Below are positions 28,101 through 40,430 of a stretch of DNA of 64,000 nucleotides, piece after piece. The stretch is from Camelus ferus (lineage: Eukaryota): positions 70,310,001 to 70,374,000 of the forward strand of contig NC_045697.1 of NCBI RefSeq assembly GCF_009834535.1. The letters are read 5' to 3'. Every line of letters begins with the position of its first letter. The first letter of the stretch is position 1. The notes beneath the pieces are model-generated. The model saw only the letters and a list, made by a program, of their open reading frames with translations. It searched no databases and had not been told where the DNA came from. The position numbers and the translations under genes were made by a program.

Positions 28101-28404
28101 TCTTAAAATGGAAAAAAATTGAAATGGTCATAGATTTATTGGGGGAAAGACATAGACTCATTGCTTTGAATTGATGGCATAAAACTACAGATGACAGTGA
28201 CAAAGCCACAGTTTGACTTTGATTTATCAATCTTGCCATTTGGGTATGCAGATTGTGGGAAATGGCGTAGGTGTTCTCTATAGGTTAACCTGCATACGCT
28301 TTTGATCCAAATGAATTTTACATCTAGAAACAGAAAAAGCTTGCAGATGAGATTAATAAACCAATTCTCTCTCTCTTTCTTTCTTTTCTATCTATTTATC
28401 CATC

Positions 28405-28438
<34 letters not shown>

Positions 28439-28489
28439 CATATGTATATACATATCTTTAAAGAATTCTGATTTATTCTATGTTTAAAA

Positions 28490-30040
28490 AAATTTGGGGG
28501 GGATTAGTTTCAAATCTACAGAAATGTTGTCAGAATAGTACAAAAGCTCATTGTCTGGGTGAGTGGTCAGATAACTCTTCACTGTATTTGTTCTCTCTCC
28601 TCTCTCTTTCTCCTCCATTGAATTGATGCCCCACCACTCCCTAAATACTCCAGTTATATGTCTCCGAAACTGGAATACTCTGCTACTGTAACAACAGACA
28701 GTTCAGCCAATGAGAAAATCAACATTGACTGAACATGGCCAGGAAGTCTACAAACTTCATGTATATTCTGCCAACTGCCCCCTGCCATGTTTCTTTTCCC
28801 TTTTTGGTCTAGTATTTTGTCTAGGAACTTGCATTACATTTAATGGTCATGTCTCTTTGGATTCCTTCAATCTGGAACGGTTTTGGTACTGCACTATCTC
28901 TCAAGACCCTGATTTGTAAAGAATATGTGACTTTTATTTTACAGGATGAACCTAAACCTGGGTATGTCTGATGTTTCCCCGTGACCAGAAATGTCTGGTG
29001 TTGCATTCTCAGCAGGAACATCACAGACACGATACCATGGTCGTCTTAGTGCCTAATATCAGAAGCCATGCAATGTTGATCTGTTCTACCTTTTGATCTT
29101 ACATTTGTGTCTACTGATTTCCACTGTAAGGTCCTCAATTTTCCTTTAATAATCAAGTCACATTTGTATGCAGGGATTCTAAGATTCTACACTAATAGTC
29201 TGTTCTTCATCAGGTTTCCCACATCAGCCTTAGTATTTGTTTGTAACTTCTACCTCAGTCAGCCATCACACTAAGGGCTGCCAAATGGTGACTCCTTATT
29301 TGCATCACTCTTTTTACATTTATTAGTCGGTATTCTCCTGTAAGGAAGAGATTTCCCTTCTCCCTATTTGTTTGCTTCAGGATGGACTCATGGATTCCAA
29401 TTTTAGTTAGTGGTTTTAAATCTGATCATCTCATTATATGTTGTGATGCAGAAATGGTCCCAGATGTGGCCAGTGGGACTCCTTCTTCTGTCTTCTTCAA
29501 GCTGTCTTCTGTATCCTTTTGACATGTGCCCATCATTTGCTAAACATTATTTTCAGGGATAACGATACACTCCATATTTTATTAATCCCATATTCCAGCC
29601 CTGGAATTAGCCATTTCTTAAAGGAAACTTGGTTTCTTCAGGGGAGGATAGTATTTAGAAATAAATATCTGAGTGCTCAATGTGGATGTTCAATGTGATC
29701 ATTACTACTGAGATGTCACTGCATCCAGGCCTTTTCAGTGAAAAGAGCTAGAAATTTATGCATATATATATATATATAGGCATATACATTACAACTATAT
29801 ATATACACAACTATACAGCTTTACAACTATATATATATATAGGCATATACATGTGTGTACACATACACATACAATTATAACTGTGTGTTTTAAACTTGAT
29901 TTCAAGTTGAAATTTTAAGTTCAATCCTATGCCTTGGAATTCTTTCCAGCAGGCTGTTTATATGTTGTAAATTCCTCTTTGACAGTAAGAAATGTGGTTT
30001 TTGTTATCTTCAATATATTTCCTTATATGCTCAATGCTTA
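28490..30040 (-). mobile_element. Old L1 (L1MC/ME-like) 3' region
   Basis: Shares motifs with the 235-1540 element (cccagatgtggccagtggga, ccagccctggaattagccattt). Confidence 0.6.
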
Positions 30041-30944
30041 CAATGTTTCCTCATTTTAACCAATTTTCTCATTGCAATCAATTTTCCAACCATTCAGTAG
30101 CCTCCTCTGCGCCCACCCCCTTACCACTGGTCTTGCTTGGACTCTGGACTCACTGACATCTCCAAGGTGGGAAAGGATGGGAGGGCAGGGAAGAAAAGAT
30201 AGGAAAAGGAAGGGGAGATGAGAAGGAGAGGGAATATCCCGATAAGATATTTGATAATTCACAGAACTCCTATAGCTGGAGTTTTAATAGCCCAATTTTT
30301 TAATGTGACATGATCTGTCCTTACTGGATCTTAAAGCAGCAAACTCATTGGCAACTAACACCATTGATAAAGGTAAAAAAATCAAAGCCACTTGACCACA
30401 GCAACTTTAAGTGAATTTCTGATTTATTGATCATGATATTTAGTGATCAGAGTAATCAGAAAGAGTGGTATTACAACATGGGTTGTAAATGCTTAAGACA
30501 AGGAATTAGTGACCATATGTGCCAGCAGTGCACCCAAATAAAATTGCAGACGACAAACCTTGTTTTTTTTTTTCTAAATGGAATAGCTATGAGATAGATT
30601 TTAATAGATATGATGTAGATATATTGCTTTTGATTTTTAACAAATGTCCAAGCGTCATGTTTGGGAGACAACATAAAGAAATGTAAGCTGAGTGTTAGAA
30701 CAGTTAAGTGCACTGCGGGTGCTGATTTAACTATACAGAGCTTTCAGTAAGTTCAGGGAATAATCAAAGCACAGAATATGAAGATATGAGATGCCTCTTT
30801 CCCCCACACTCTGCCCCATCTCAGGAAATAGAACTGCTATTCACCCTGTTGCTCAGGTCATGCACCTTGAGATTATCCTTGATTTTTCTATTTATCTTAC
30901 TCTTTGCATCAATTCATCAGTTAGTTCTGAGGGCCCTGTGAAGA

Positions 30945-32000
30945 TCTATAGAGTCTGAGATTTTACCTGTGTGTAAGATAACAAGTCAACCTTCCACAGT
31001 TTCATGGATGCTGGCAAAAGCCATGAGGCTGTTGGGTCAGAGATAAAGGGCTGTTTTTTACAGTGATAGCAGTATCCAGAGTATCAGTATTTGCACCAGT
31101 TCCCACGGGGTGATGGCAGTAAAGTCAGGTTACACTGCACGTGCTGCAGGTCAAATTACAGCACAGGAACCCTGATTTGGGGGAATCCAAATCTTTTATA
31201 ACAAACAGTAAGCCTGCCTAGCCTTTGTTGTGGAGGGTGTCTTTATTTCCCAGGGCAGCCGTAATAAAGGTTTGCCACAAACTGAGTGGCTGAAAACAAC
31301 AGAAATGTATTCTCTTACAGTTCAGGAGGCCAGAAGTCTGAGATTAAGTCAACGGTAGGTTTGGTTATATCCAGGGGCTCTAAGGGAGAATCCACTCCAT
31401 GCTTCTCTCCTAGCTTCTGGTGGCTCTGAAAATCGCTGGTGTGAATGAGGCTCTCCATATATTGTTCCTTGAGCACAACTCCCTGAATACAGTTTCTATC
31501 TGTGACCTATGAGACGATAGAGACAAGGCATCTGACTCCACACATCCAATATGGGTGGGACGGGCATGGAAAACTCCCATAAACATTTCAGTTCAAAAAG
31601 GGGGAAACATGGGAGCCACAAAGGAGTTCTCAGTCCAAAGCAGTTCTGAGGTCTAGCCAGGCAAAGACTGGAAGTTCCTTGGTTGAGGTCTGGGGATGAT
31701 TCTCCATGGCTTTTGGGTCCATCCTCTGTGCTCTTGGTTCCACTCTCTGATTCATCCTTCCTTTCTTCATGACAGGTAGCATGTGTTTGCAAGTGAGTAG
31801 TTTTCTTAGCCTGCATCTTGCAAGTAGGAAACTGGGGGTCCAGTGACCTCTTTTCATTTTGTATCATCTCTGTCCCTTTGGGTTAAAGCTGGCAGTAATT
31901 TTTGCTGATATACTTCTCTCAAATTTTTCTGGACATCCTGTGATGCTCATTGGGGTTCACACCATTAGACAGAGCTGCAACCACACATCCCTTTTCTATT
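30945..32000 (-). mobile_element. Cluster of LTR and MaLR (MLT1 LTR plus internal) fragments
   Basis: MLT1 motif tggctgaaaacaacagaaatgtattctcttacagttcaggaggccagaagtctgag at ~31290; LTR-like segment at 30945-31250. Confidence 0.55.
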
Positions 32001-32442
32001 TTTCTTGGCTCACCATTTTCATCCATCCTTTTAAAACCTGTACGCCCTGCCTTACATCATTCCCTAGTCTCTTTCTGTTCTTTCCCTGTGCACTTATTAC
32101 CATCCAATACATCACATTTTACTTACTTTTAATTTATTGTCTGTTCCTTCATTTTCCACCCTAAATATAATATAAGCTACAATAGGCCAGTGAATTTTGC
32201 TTCTTTTGTTCACTCTTTTATTCACAATGATGAGAACAGTGTCAGACACATTCAAAATAAATACTAAATAAATTAAATAATTTCAAAAAGGATTTGAGGA
32301 GTTTCAAAACAGACACTCATCTGCTGTGAAACCTTGTAACATATAGAAATATGTGCAGGATCATCTGTTCATGAAGCAGAATCAATAGAGATGATTTTGG
32401 ATGCCCTAATAAGAGGATAAAAAATTTAAAATGCCCCTTAAG

Positions 32443-32445
32443 ACA

Positions 32446-32477
<32 letters not shown>
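32443..32477. repeat. (CA)n microsatellite
   Basis: Directly visible. Confidence 0.95.
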
Positions 32478-32479
<2 letters not shown>

Positions 32480-33482
32480 GGTTGACACGAAGACTTTGCC
32501 ATACGTTCTTGTGAATGACCAACAACTCCCTAATGACAGAAGAGACATGTTGTCAAAGTTGAAATTATATTATGGAAATTATTTAGAATAATATATAATA
32601 TACATAATAATATATAACTTGTAAGTATGAAGTTATAACTTATATTAATTAATATAACTTATATTAATTAATATGGACAAAATTATAAGTTATAACTTCT
32701 ATTTATAACTTATAATTTTGTCCATATTGGATTATGCTATTTTCTTCTCTCTTGTATCTTCAATGTGACAATAAAAATATTTAATGATCTTTGTTTCATA
32801 GTTACAGTGATTCTAAATTAAAGTCTGCAAAACCCCTTCTGTTCTTCAAGTCTTCAATCCCTGATGGGTTTGTTTGGCTGAAAGAGTGAAGTTAAAAAGT
32901 CTGTTTCCAAGCTCCTCTCTTGGTCTTGGAATCAGTGATAGAACTTTACCTTTCACGGCAGCACTGGAGAGCTGGGGTTTCAGGTTTGAAGCTGCACTCT
33001 TATCTTCTCTTAGAAGCAGAATCACATCTGAAAGGGAAGTTGTCAACCCCACTGTACTTTTTTTTCTCAATGTATAAGCTCCTTCCTACTCAGCTGAGTG
33101 TGGCCAGGAGATGGCCTGGGGCCCCTGCACCGTCCGTGCTGCTGGAGCACTTTGTGGTCTTGCTGCATTTCAAGTCTGCCCCACAGGATGTAGTTCCCTG
33201 TCAGCCATGGATACCTGCTGAACTGACATCTCAGAAAGTGTTTGCCACGTTTCTGGAATCAGTAATGGCCATGCTGATTCAGTTGTTGGACAATATAAAC
33301 TTGTTTGGGCATCAATCCATTCCTGGTGTATAAGCTACTGATGGGAAAGGACTTCACTTAGGAGGGCTTCTTGAGGAGAGCTGAGTGGCATGTTCGAGCT
33401 GCTAGAGAATATTGATGTCAAAGCTCCTGCTAATGCACCGGTTCTTTCAGAATCTATCCCCCTACTGCCAGCCTAGGCTACC

Positions 33483-33853
33483 GATGTGGGTTGAGTTTTG
33501 TCCCTCCTAAACTCATATGTCAGAATCCTAACCCCAAGTACCTCAGAATGTGACTGTATTTGGAGACAGGATCTTTACAGAGGTAATTAAGCTAAAATAA
33601 GATAATTAAGGTGGGCCTTAATTCAACATGATTTGTGTCCTTATTAGAAGAGGAAATTTGGAGACAGATGTGCAGAGAACAAATGATGAGAAGTGACAGG
33701 GAGAAGACAGTCATCTATAAGTCCAAGGGAAAGAAGAAACCAGCCCTGCTAACCCCTTGATCTGGAATATCCAGCTACAGATGCGGAGGAAATCAAATTC
33801 TGTTGTGTAAGCCACCTGGTTTGTCATATTTTGCTATGGCAGCCCTAAGCAAA
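33483..33853 (+). mobile_element. MaLR solo LTR (MLT1B/C-like)
   Basis: tgggttgagttttgtccc...cctcagaatgtgactgtatttggaga...tatggcagccctaagcaaact. Confidence 0.85.
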
Positions 33854-34433
33854 CTGTGAGTTCCCAACTTCCTTCATCTTCTGAAGGCCCGCTGGCTCAC
33901 CCAGACCTCTTTAGGGAGGAAGCTGGAAGTACCATCTGACGGTCTTTCACTTCTGTAGAATCAGCTGAGAGTATTGCGAAAATGGACCAGGGCTATGGGT
34001 TCTCCAGACCGTGGCAGAGCAGGGCAGGACCTCCCTCCCATTTTAGAACTGCCCCCATATTTCTGCCCAAATGGCAAACATATTCTATTTTCTACATCCT
34101 CTTTTGTTTCTGTCTCCATTTTTTCCCTTTTATAAACAGCCAAGATCTTATTGGTCAGCTTGCAATCCTAGTTAATTACCCAATCCAGTTATATTGCACC
34201 ACTCAGAAAAAGTACATGTCAGAATGACTGAAAATAAGTTAAAAGACTAGTGACAGTACATTTTTCCCCTATACAACAGAGACCTATAAAGGACACCCTT
34301 CATCTTTAAATCACATGCATCTCATCCTGAAATGCCTTTCTCATAGAATATACTCATTCCTCCTACATCTGAACCATATCTGAAGTATATCCTCACACTA
34401 TTTGTCTTCTTCTCTCTCTCTTTTTTTTTGCAG

Positions 34434-34575
34434 CTCTTGGTCATAATGGGAAGCGTCATTTCTCTGCTTTACATCTGGCTGTTTTCCCAGAGCTTCCATT
34501 TCCATGTGGCACATCTTTATGCTCACTTTGGGTACCCCAGTGCTCAGCATATTGTTGGCCAGAGATACTTGAAAG
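34434..34575 (+). CDS. Coding exon 3: hydrophobic helix plus start of Sel1-like repeat 1 (LLVIMGSVISLLYIWLFSQSFHFHVAHLYAHFGYPSAQHIVGQRYLK+G)
   Basis: Long polypyrimidine tract ending ...tttttttttgcag|; donor AAG|gtaact; 142 nt, phase 0 to 1; motif G-x-x-x-AQ-x-x-x-G-x-x-Y. Confidence 0.9.
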
Positions 34576-34733
34576 GTAACTTCTTTGTTCCTCTGGTGCT
34601 CATTCTACTAGTTGAAAGGGATGGGGAGGGGTTTACTGGTTAGGTTTCTGTATCTATAGGTTCATAGAAGATTTTAGTATCAAGCAGTTAACTGAGTCCC
34701 TTTTTTTCTGTGATACTTTTTGGTTTTTCCCAG

Positions 34734-34779
34734 GAGCTGGTGTGGTGAAGGATGAAGAGATGGCAATGCATTGGTTTAG
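34734..34779 (+). CDS. Coding exon 4: Sel1-like repeat core (GAGVVKDEEMAMHWF+R)
   Basis: Acceptor tttttggtttttcccag|; donor TAG|gtaaga; 46 nt, phase 1 to 2; fits the Sel1 signature GxGVxxDxxxAxxWF. Confidence 0.92.
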
Positions 34780-34999
34780 GTAAGAAAGACGACATTTGCC
34801 AAAAGCAAAACTCTAGAGCTATCACTTGAGAAAGTGCTGAAATACAGAATCTTATGATTTTGGTGCTTTTCCCCTATAATAAAAATAAGGTAAAGTTTCT
34901 TAATATTAAAGTCTTGGTAACTTCTTTACTTTTTCCACTTGATGGTGAGGTAAGAGTAGTGATGCAGGTGATGTGGCTGATGCATTTAAAAGAAGCCTA

Positions 35000-35091
35000 G
35001 GAGTTTGGGGTTTTCAAGCATGAGCCACCCATTCTTCTTGCTTAGCCCTGCAATAAACCTTCTTCTGCTCCAAAAAGTAAAAATTAAAAAT
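35000..35091 (+). mobile_element. Short retroposed insert: LTR R-region-like sequence plus A-tail, flanked by a TSD
   Basis: TSD aaaagaagccta / aaaagaagtcta (34988-34999, 35092-35103); AATAAA at 35052; A-rich tail at 35072-35091. Confidence 0.75.
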
Positions 35092-35704
35092 AAAAGAAGT
35101 CTACACAGTGTAAGCAAACAATAGATTAGCTTTAAAGGAACTAATTTGGAGAATATGTACCGTCTAGGTCAAGATTCAGAACATCAATAATTTAACAGTG
35201 CTCTGTATTAGCATTACCTTGTTTATTAAAGTTTTGAGCTCCTGTGATCATAAGAGACAAATTCACATGAAATTTAAAAGTAGAAATACATCTTACCTTT
35301 CATTTATTCCATCTTTTGCTCTAAATTTTATTCAACTGATTTGTATTCAGTGTGCAAAATTTTCCCCAGGCAGCTTCCGTGGCTCTGATTGTGTAGCATC
35401 GGCTTGTTGAGTCCTCACAGAAAAATAGTTCATATTATATCTGCAGTTTCAGAAAGTAGGAATAACTTTGGAAACATACACTTGAACACTCTATCTGACA
35501 CTCCAAATGTTAGAGAATGGAAATAAATAAGCTCTGAGATGTTAGAAACTCCATTCTACATGGAGACTGTGGCAGAAAGCAAGGACAAGTTAGGTCGAAA
35601 GCCAAAGTCACTTAATATAGAGAGCTGGCTTTGGGTTCATGAAGTCTCAATTTAATCAAAAGTGGAAACCCCCAAGGTGGCATTTTGCAGCAGTGCTCTC
35701 TAAA

Positions 35705-36030
35705 GCTATATTGTCCAATATGCCAGCCACTAGTCACATAGGCCACTGAGCACTGGAAATGTGACTAGTCTGAATGCAGATGTGCTGTGCATGTAAAGTA
35801 CATACTGAATTTCCAAGATTTCCTAAGAAGGAAGGAATATAAAATATCTCATTAAGAATTCTTTATATTGATTTCATGTTGAATGGTGGATATAATTATG
35901 TGTTGGATATATAGAGTTAAATAAGATATATTACTTAAATTAATTTTAGTTACTTCTTTTAAAACTTCTAGTGTGGCTATCAGGAAATTTAAAATTACAC
36001 ACAGCTTGCATTATATTTCTGTTAGGTAAT
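35705..36030. mobile_element. MER33-like hAT-Charlie element
   Basis: tgtccaatatgccagccactagtcacat...aaatttaaaattacac. Confidence 0.7.
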
Positions 36031-37559
36031 GCTGATACAGAGTCTCATGATTCTGGGAAGTGTCTGGTTATCTGCGAGAAAAGTGAGCACGGCTATGGTT
36101 TTGGCATTGCCCGTGTACTGACGAGACCATCCTTCTCAGATGTTCCCATTTTTCTCGCTAGACCAGTGGGTGACACACTTGGCTACACAGCAGAATCCCC
36201 TGGGGAGCTCTTGAAACATGCTAACGCCCAGCTCCAGGTCGGCTGAATTGTGCAGAAAAAGCTCCTCAGGTGACGGTGCTGTGCAGCCAGGTCCAACCAC
36301 TACTCTAGAAGTCTACACTGGTTTATAAAGTGAACGCAAACCAGCAGAGGAAACCGTTTTAGTAACACACTTCAATATGAAGTTTGAAATGGATATTCTG
36401 ATCAAGATCACCTGCCAGCAGAAGAAGTACCTTTGAGAATCATGGATGGAATGACACAGCTCCAGAGTGGCTACATGAGGTTTGTGCTCACGTGTACCTA
36501 GCTGAAGCCCTTGCTGCTGAGTGGAGGCCACACACCTGTGGCACTGGCTTCCCCAGGTGGGCACTGGTTAGAAATGCAGCACCTGAGGCCCTACCCTGGC
36601 CCTACTGAAGCAGAATCCTCATTTTAACAAGATTCTGCATTAAAGTTTTGGAAGTGTTGCCCAAAACAGTAATTTGTAAGCCGGGCCTTCCTTACATGGG
36701 ACCTTACAATTAAAGAGCAGTTTGAAAATTGTTCCATCTTTCAGTGATGGATTCCACTGTCAGAAATGGGGTGGGAAAAGCATCACAAAGGCAAGATCCC
36801 CCCCAGTGTATTTTAAAAATAGATTTTATAGTTTATGACTTATAAAATAACTTATGCCTAATGAGGAAAATATTGAAAACACCAAAAATCACCTGAATCA
36901 TAGCACAGTAAAAAATACTTTTGACATTTCAGTGAGGATTCTTGTAGACTTTTTTCAATTAATGTATGTATAATATACCTTAGTTTCCTTGAATATTTCA
37001 CTGTTTTTGCTTAGTCCTTTTTCTGGTTTCTTACTATCACAGACTGCTGCTGGGAAGAGCCTTTCATATACATCTTTTTGCACATCTGATTATTTCTTTA
37101 CTAAACAAAAAATCACTAAAAATGGAATTACCAGGTCAGACAAGCATCATTTCTAAAGCTTTTGATATGTGTTACCAAACTATCCTGAAAATTGTCCAAT
37201 TTCACTCTAGTATAAATGTTCATCAGCTTATGAATATTATTTTTAATTATTTGTTGTATTTGCCAACTCAAATAACAACAAAAAGTGCCTCATTCCATTT
37301 TTTTCTTGATCAGTTGTGAAGCTTTCTTTTCTAAATATCTATTGTAATTTAAATTTTTTCTTTTTCCTGCAAAAAGCCTATTCATGCAGTCTGCCTGCTT
37401 TTCTACTGGATATGGTTATGTTCCTACTCACTTTTCAGAATGTTTGTGTGTTAAAAATAGTAAACTTTGTACATTTTTTTTGTATTTTGGGCAACTTTTT
37501 TTCCCCCAATTACAATTAATAGGAAAAGAACTGCAAAGTAACAAGGCAATAATTATATA

Positions 37560-37750
37560 GTTTGTACTGTCTGACATGATGGCCATTAGCCACATGTGGT
37601 CATTTAAATTTAAATGAATTACAATGAAAAATTCAGTTCATCAGTTGCACTATCTGCATTTCAAGTGTTCAGTAGCCCCATGTGGCTAGTGGCTACTGTA
37701 TTGGGCAGCACAGACATAGAACATTTCCATCTTTGGGGAAAGTTCTGTTG
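37560..37750. mobile_element. MER3-like hAT-Charlie element
   Basis: agccacatgtgg...catgtggctagtggctactgtattgggcagcaca. Confidence 0.75.
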
Positions 37751-38201
37751 TAAAGTTCTGGCATATTACATTTATAGTTCAGCAACTGGAAATAGTGCTT
37801 AAGAATCAGCTACATGTTACTGAATTCTTAACATTCCCAGATGGTCCTCTGATTTCCTGTATCTTTTGGAGAGAAAAATTATTCTAATATTTGGAAAAGC
37901 TGATGAACAGGTTTGGAACAAATAAGTGATTTAAGTATTCTAACAACATCAGTTTTTTAAAAAGTATTGTATTTGTTTCAAGTAAGATACATTGTTCTTA
38001 ATGAAAGAGGCCTATTAACATTTGTCCAGATATATGGTATGATGGAAGTAATGGTTTCCAGTAATGGTTACATATCTGTATTGGCACTGCCCTTGGTTTT
38101 ATTAAGGGGGTGCATCTTCATAAGATTATTTCCTTGTTTTTTACTGCATACTCCTCCCCAACCCCATCACCACTCCCCTTTCCTTTTCCTTTCTTTTTCA
38201 G

Positions 38202-38288
38202 ACAAGCCTCCCAGCAAGACCATCCTCATGCTTCCTTTAACCTTGCAGTAGGAAAACTGAAAAACATGACTGGATCCATGGCAGTAGG
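38202..38288 (+). CDS. Coding exon 5 (RQASQQDHPHASFNLAVGKLKNMTGSMAV+G): end of repeat 1 and start of repeat 2
   Basis: Acceptor ccttttcctttctttttcag|; donor AGG|gtaagg; 87 nt, phase 2 to 2; resembles the Sel1 motif AAxQGHxxAxxNL. Confidence 0.9.
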
Positions 38289-39529
38289 GTAAGGAAACTA
38301 GCTGTCTTCTCCCTTCCAGCTGAGATGACATTCTTTCTAAACCTGCCCCCATATGTTACCTGCAATTGACAGACAAAAGCATTTTATATATAGTTCACTT
38401 CCCACACTTGCCTTTTTATCTACTTATATGGCTATGAGTTATAATAAAAGTACAAAGCAAATGAATCCAAGATTCATGCACATGCATAAAGCCCACTGAA
38501 TACATTCTTAAGGTCCACAAGCACGAGATGAAAGGCCAGGTTATTCCATGATCCTTACGGTCTCCTGTGAATTTCTCAGCTCCCTGGAGTACCATCTTTA
38601 CAGCCTTAGAGCATTTTCTTATAAACAGCATGGAACAAGTAAGAATATGAAGATGGACAGCCCTCCTTGGGTACAAATTCCCCTTGTGTTTGTTGGACTA
38701 ATCCTCTTCTAATTACTCACAGTTATCAGGAGAAATACTTCTATTTTCTCTGGGGAAGTTTTTCTTAATGTTTTCGAATAGTTCATAGTTTGTGATATTT
38801 TTATGCAGCTATTTTGAGTCAGAGACATTTGATAGGGCCCATCAAATAAACCACTAAACCTGCAGCTTGTTTTTTTAAGCAATGTAACTGACATATACTC
38901 CATTGCCAAGTAATGTGTACAACCCCCTCCCGCAACTCCATCCCTTAATCTCCTTCAAGCTGAGGAGGAGGCAAGGTTCAGAAAGAGGGAGTCTCGGTGA
39001 AGGGCTGGAAGATGGGGTGAGTCTTGGAAATTGGTATAATACTCAGGGCTATTGGTTGCATGCGTTACTTGGTAATGAAACTTTGAAATGACCATTTTGA
39101 AACCACCAACTCAAAATGGTGCAGTCAATATGTTCTCTTTTACAGCTGCTGGTTGGCAGTTTTACAACTGACTGATGGTAGGTTGAATGGAGCCCCTCTC
39201 CAGTTACCAACCCCAAACCAAAATACAAAATTTGCTTGCAAGAGAGGAGTGTGTCAGACATTACCTAAGAGTCTTGGCTAGGAAAACCTTTCCTAAATAA
39301 GGCAAAGTGTCCAGCTGGACTCTGATGTTGTAATACAATTTCTTAGGGTAGCTTTGATTTTATTATGAAGACATTCATGATGAAACCCAGGTGAAATGGC
39401 ATGTGTTTCCCTTAGTACCTTAGAATGAGTCTAAACAGGTGTTAACCTGGCCCTTAGCCTAAACACTTGGACATGCAGGTTCTTTTGGTGTACTCTTTCT
39501 TTACACTACTAAGTAACTGCCTTTCCTAG

Positions 39530-39662
39530 GGACGTAGAGATGCTCCTTAATGTTGCTGCAAGACAGGGGATCCAAGAAGCCCAGGAACTTCTGGAGAATG
39601 TTATCGGGACAAAAAGCAAGCTCTTGCCAACTAAAAGAATGGGGAGTTTTTATAAACACTAA
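39530..39662 (+). CDS. Terminal coding exon (GDVEMLLNVAARQGIQEAQELLENVIGTKSKLLPTKRMGSFYKH*)
   Basis: Branch-like tactaag/taac followed by acceptor ctttcctag|; phase-2 start; AARQG-x-x-EA capping motif; TAA at 39660-39662. Confidence 0.88.
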
Positions 39663-40063
39663 TGTGTATCCTGCATACTCTTTCTGGAATAGAAAATGTG
39701 ACTCTCACTTGTCCATTGTGGTCCTGCACTGCTTTGTGGAACTGTCAGTGGAAGTGGCTTTTAGTTAGTTTTATACGCTGCTGCGCCTTCAATCGGCTGT
39801 TCAAAGTCCTTTATGCAAGGTGTCGTTTACATGTTTTCCTGAGACCCGAGTTTGACCTCTTCTGGATGGAGGAGTATTTTCTTTGGATTTCGTTACTGCT
39901 AAGTTTCAAGCCAGTAAGCATTCTCTGAAGTGGTGGGAGGGAAAGAAGGAAGAAACCTGTCACACCAGAGATCTGGCTTCTTGGATGTGAGAGTTGGCAC
40001 CCACAGATCCCCTGTGAAGGAACTAAACTCATCATTAGCTTCATCATGTGATATTCTGCTTAA

Positions 40064-40069
40064 AATAAA
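40064..40069 (+). terminator. Candidate poly(A) signal of the Sel1-repeat gene
   Basis: First AATAAA I found after the stop codon (about 400 nt of 3'UTR), followed by T-rich sequence. Confidence 0.4.
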
Positions 40070-40234
40070 CTTGTTTGCATCTCTCCACATTTCAATTTTC
40101 TGCTCTATTAAGTTTCTATGGTATTTTATTGTATGCATTTTTTTTTGTCTTACAGAAAGGCTTTTATGGGCAAAAATTAAAAGGCTGTGAATATTATCAA
40201 CAAAAGGGAAAAGGTTGAAGTATTAAGAGCTCAC

Positions 40235-40430
40235 AGTTATTGAGCACCTGCCCTGTGGAAGGTATTTTCCTAACTGCTTTACAAGTATGTCAGCCTTCAC
40301 TCGTTGTAAAAGCCTTATAAGGCGGGTAGTATTATCATTCCCATTTTACAGATGTGGAAACAGAGGTGTGGAGAAGTTAAGTAATACGTGCAGGGTCATA
40401 GAGTGAGTGGTAGAATAGGGTTTTGAACTT
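40235..40430 (-). mobile_element. MIR SINE
   Basis: Core cccattttacagatgtggaaacagagg. Confidence 0.75.
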
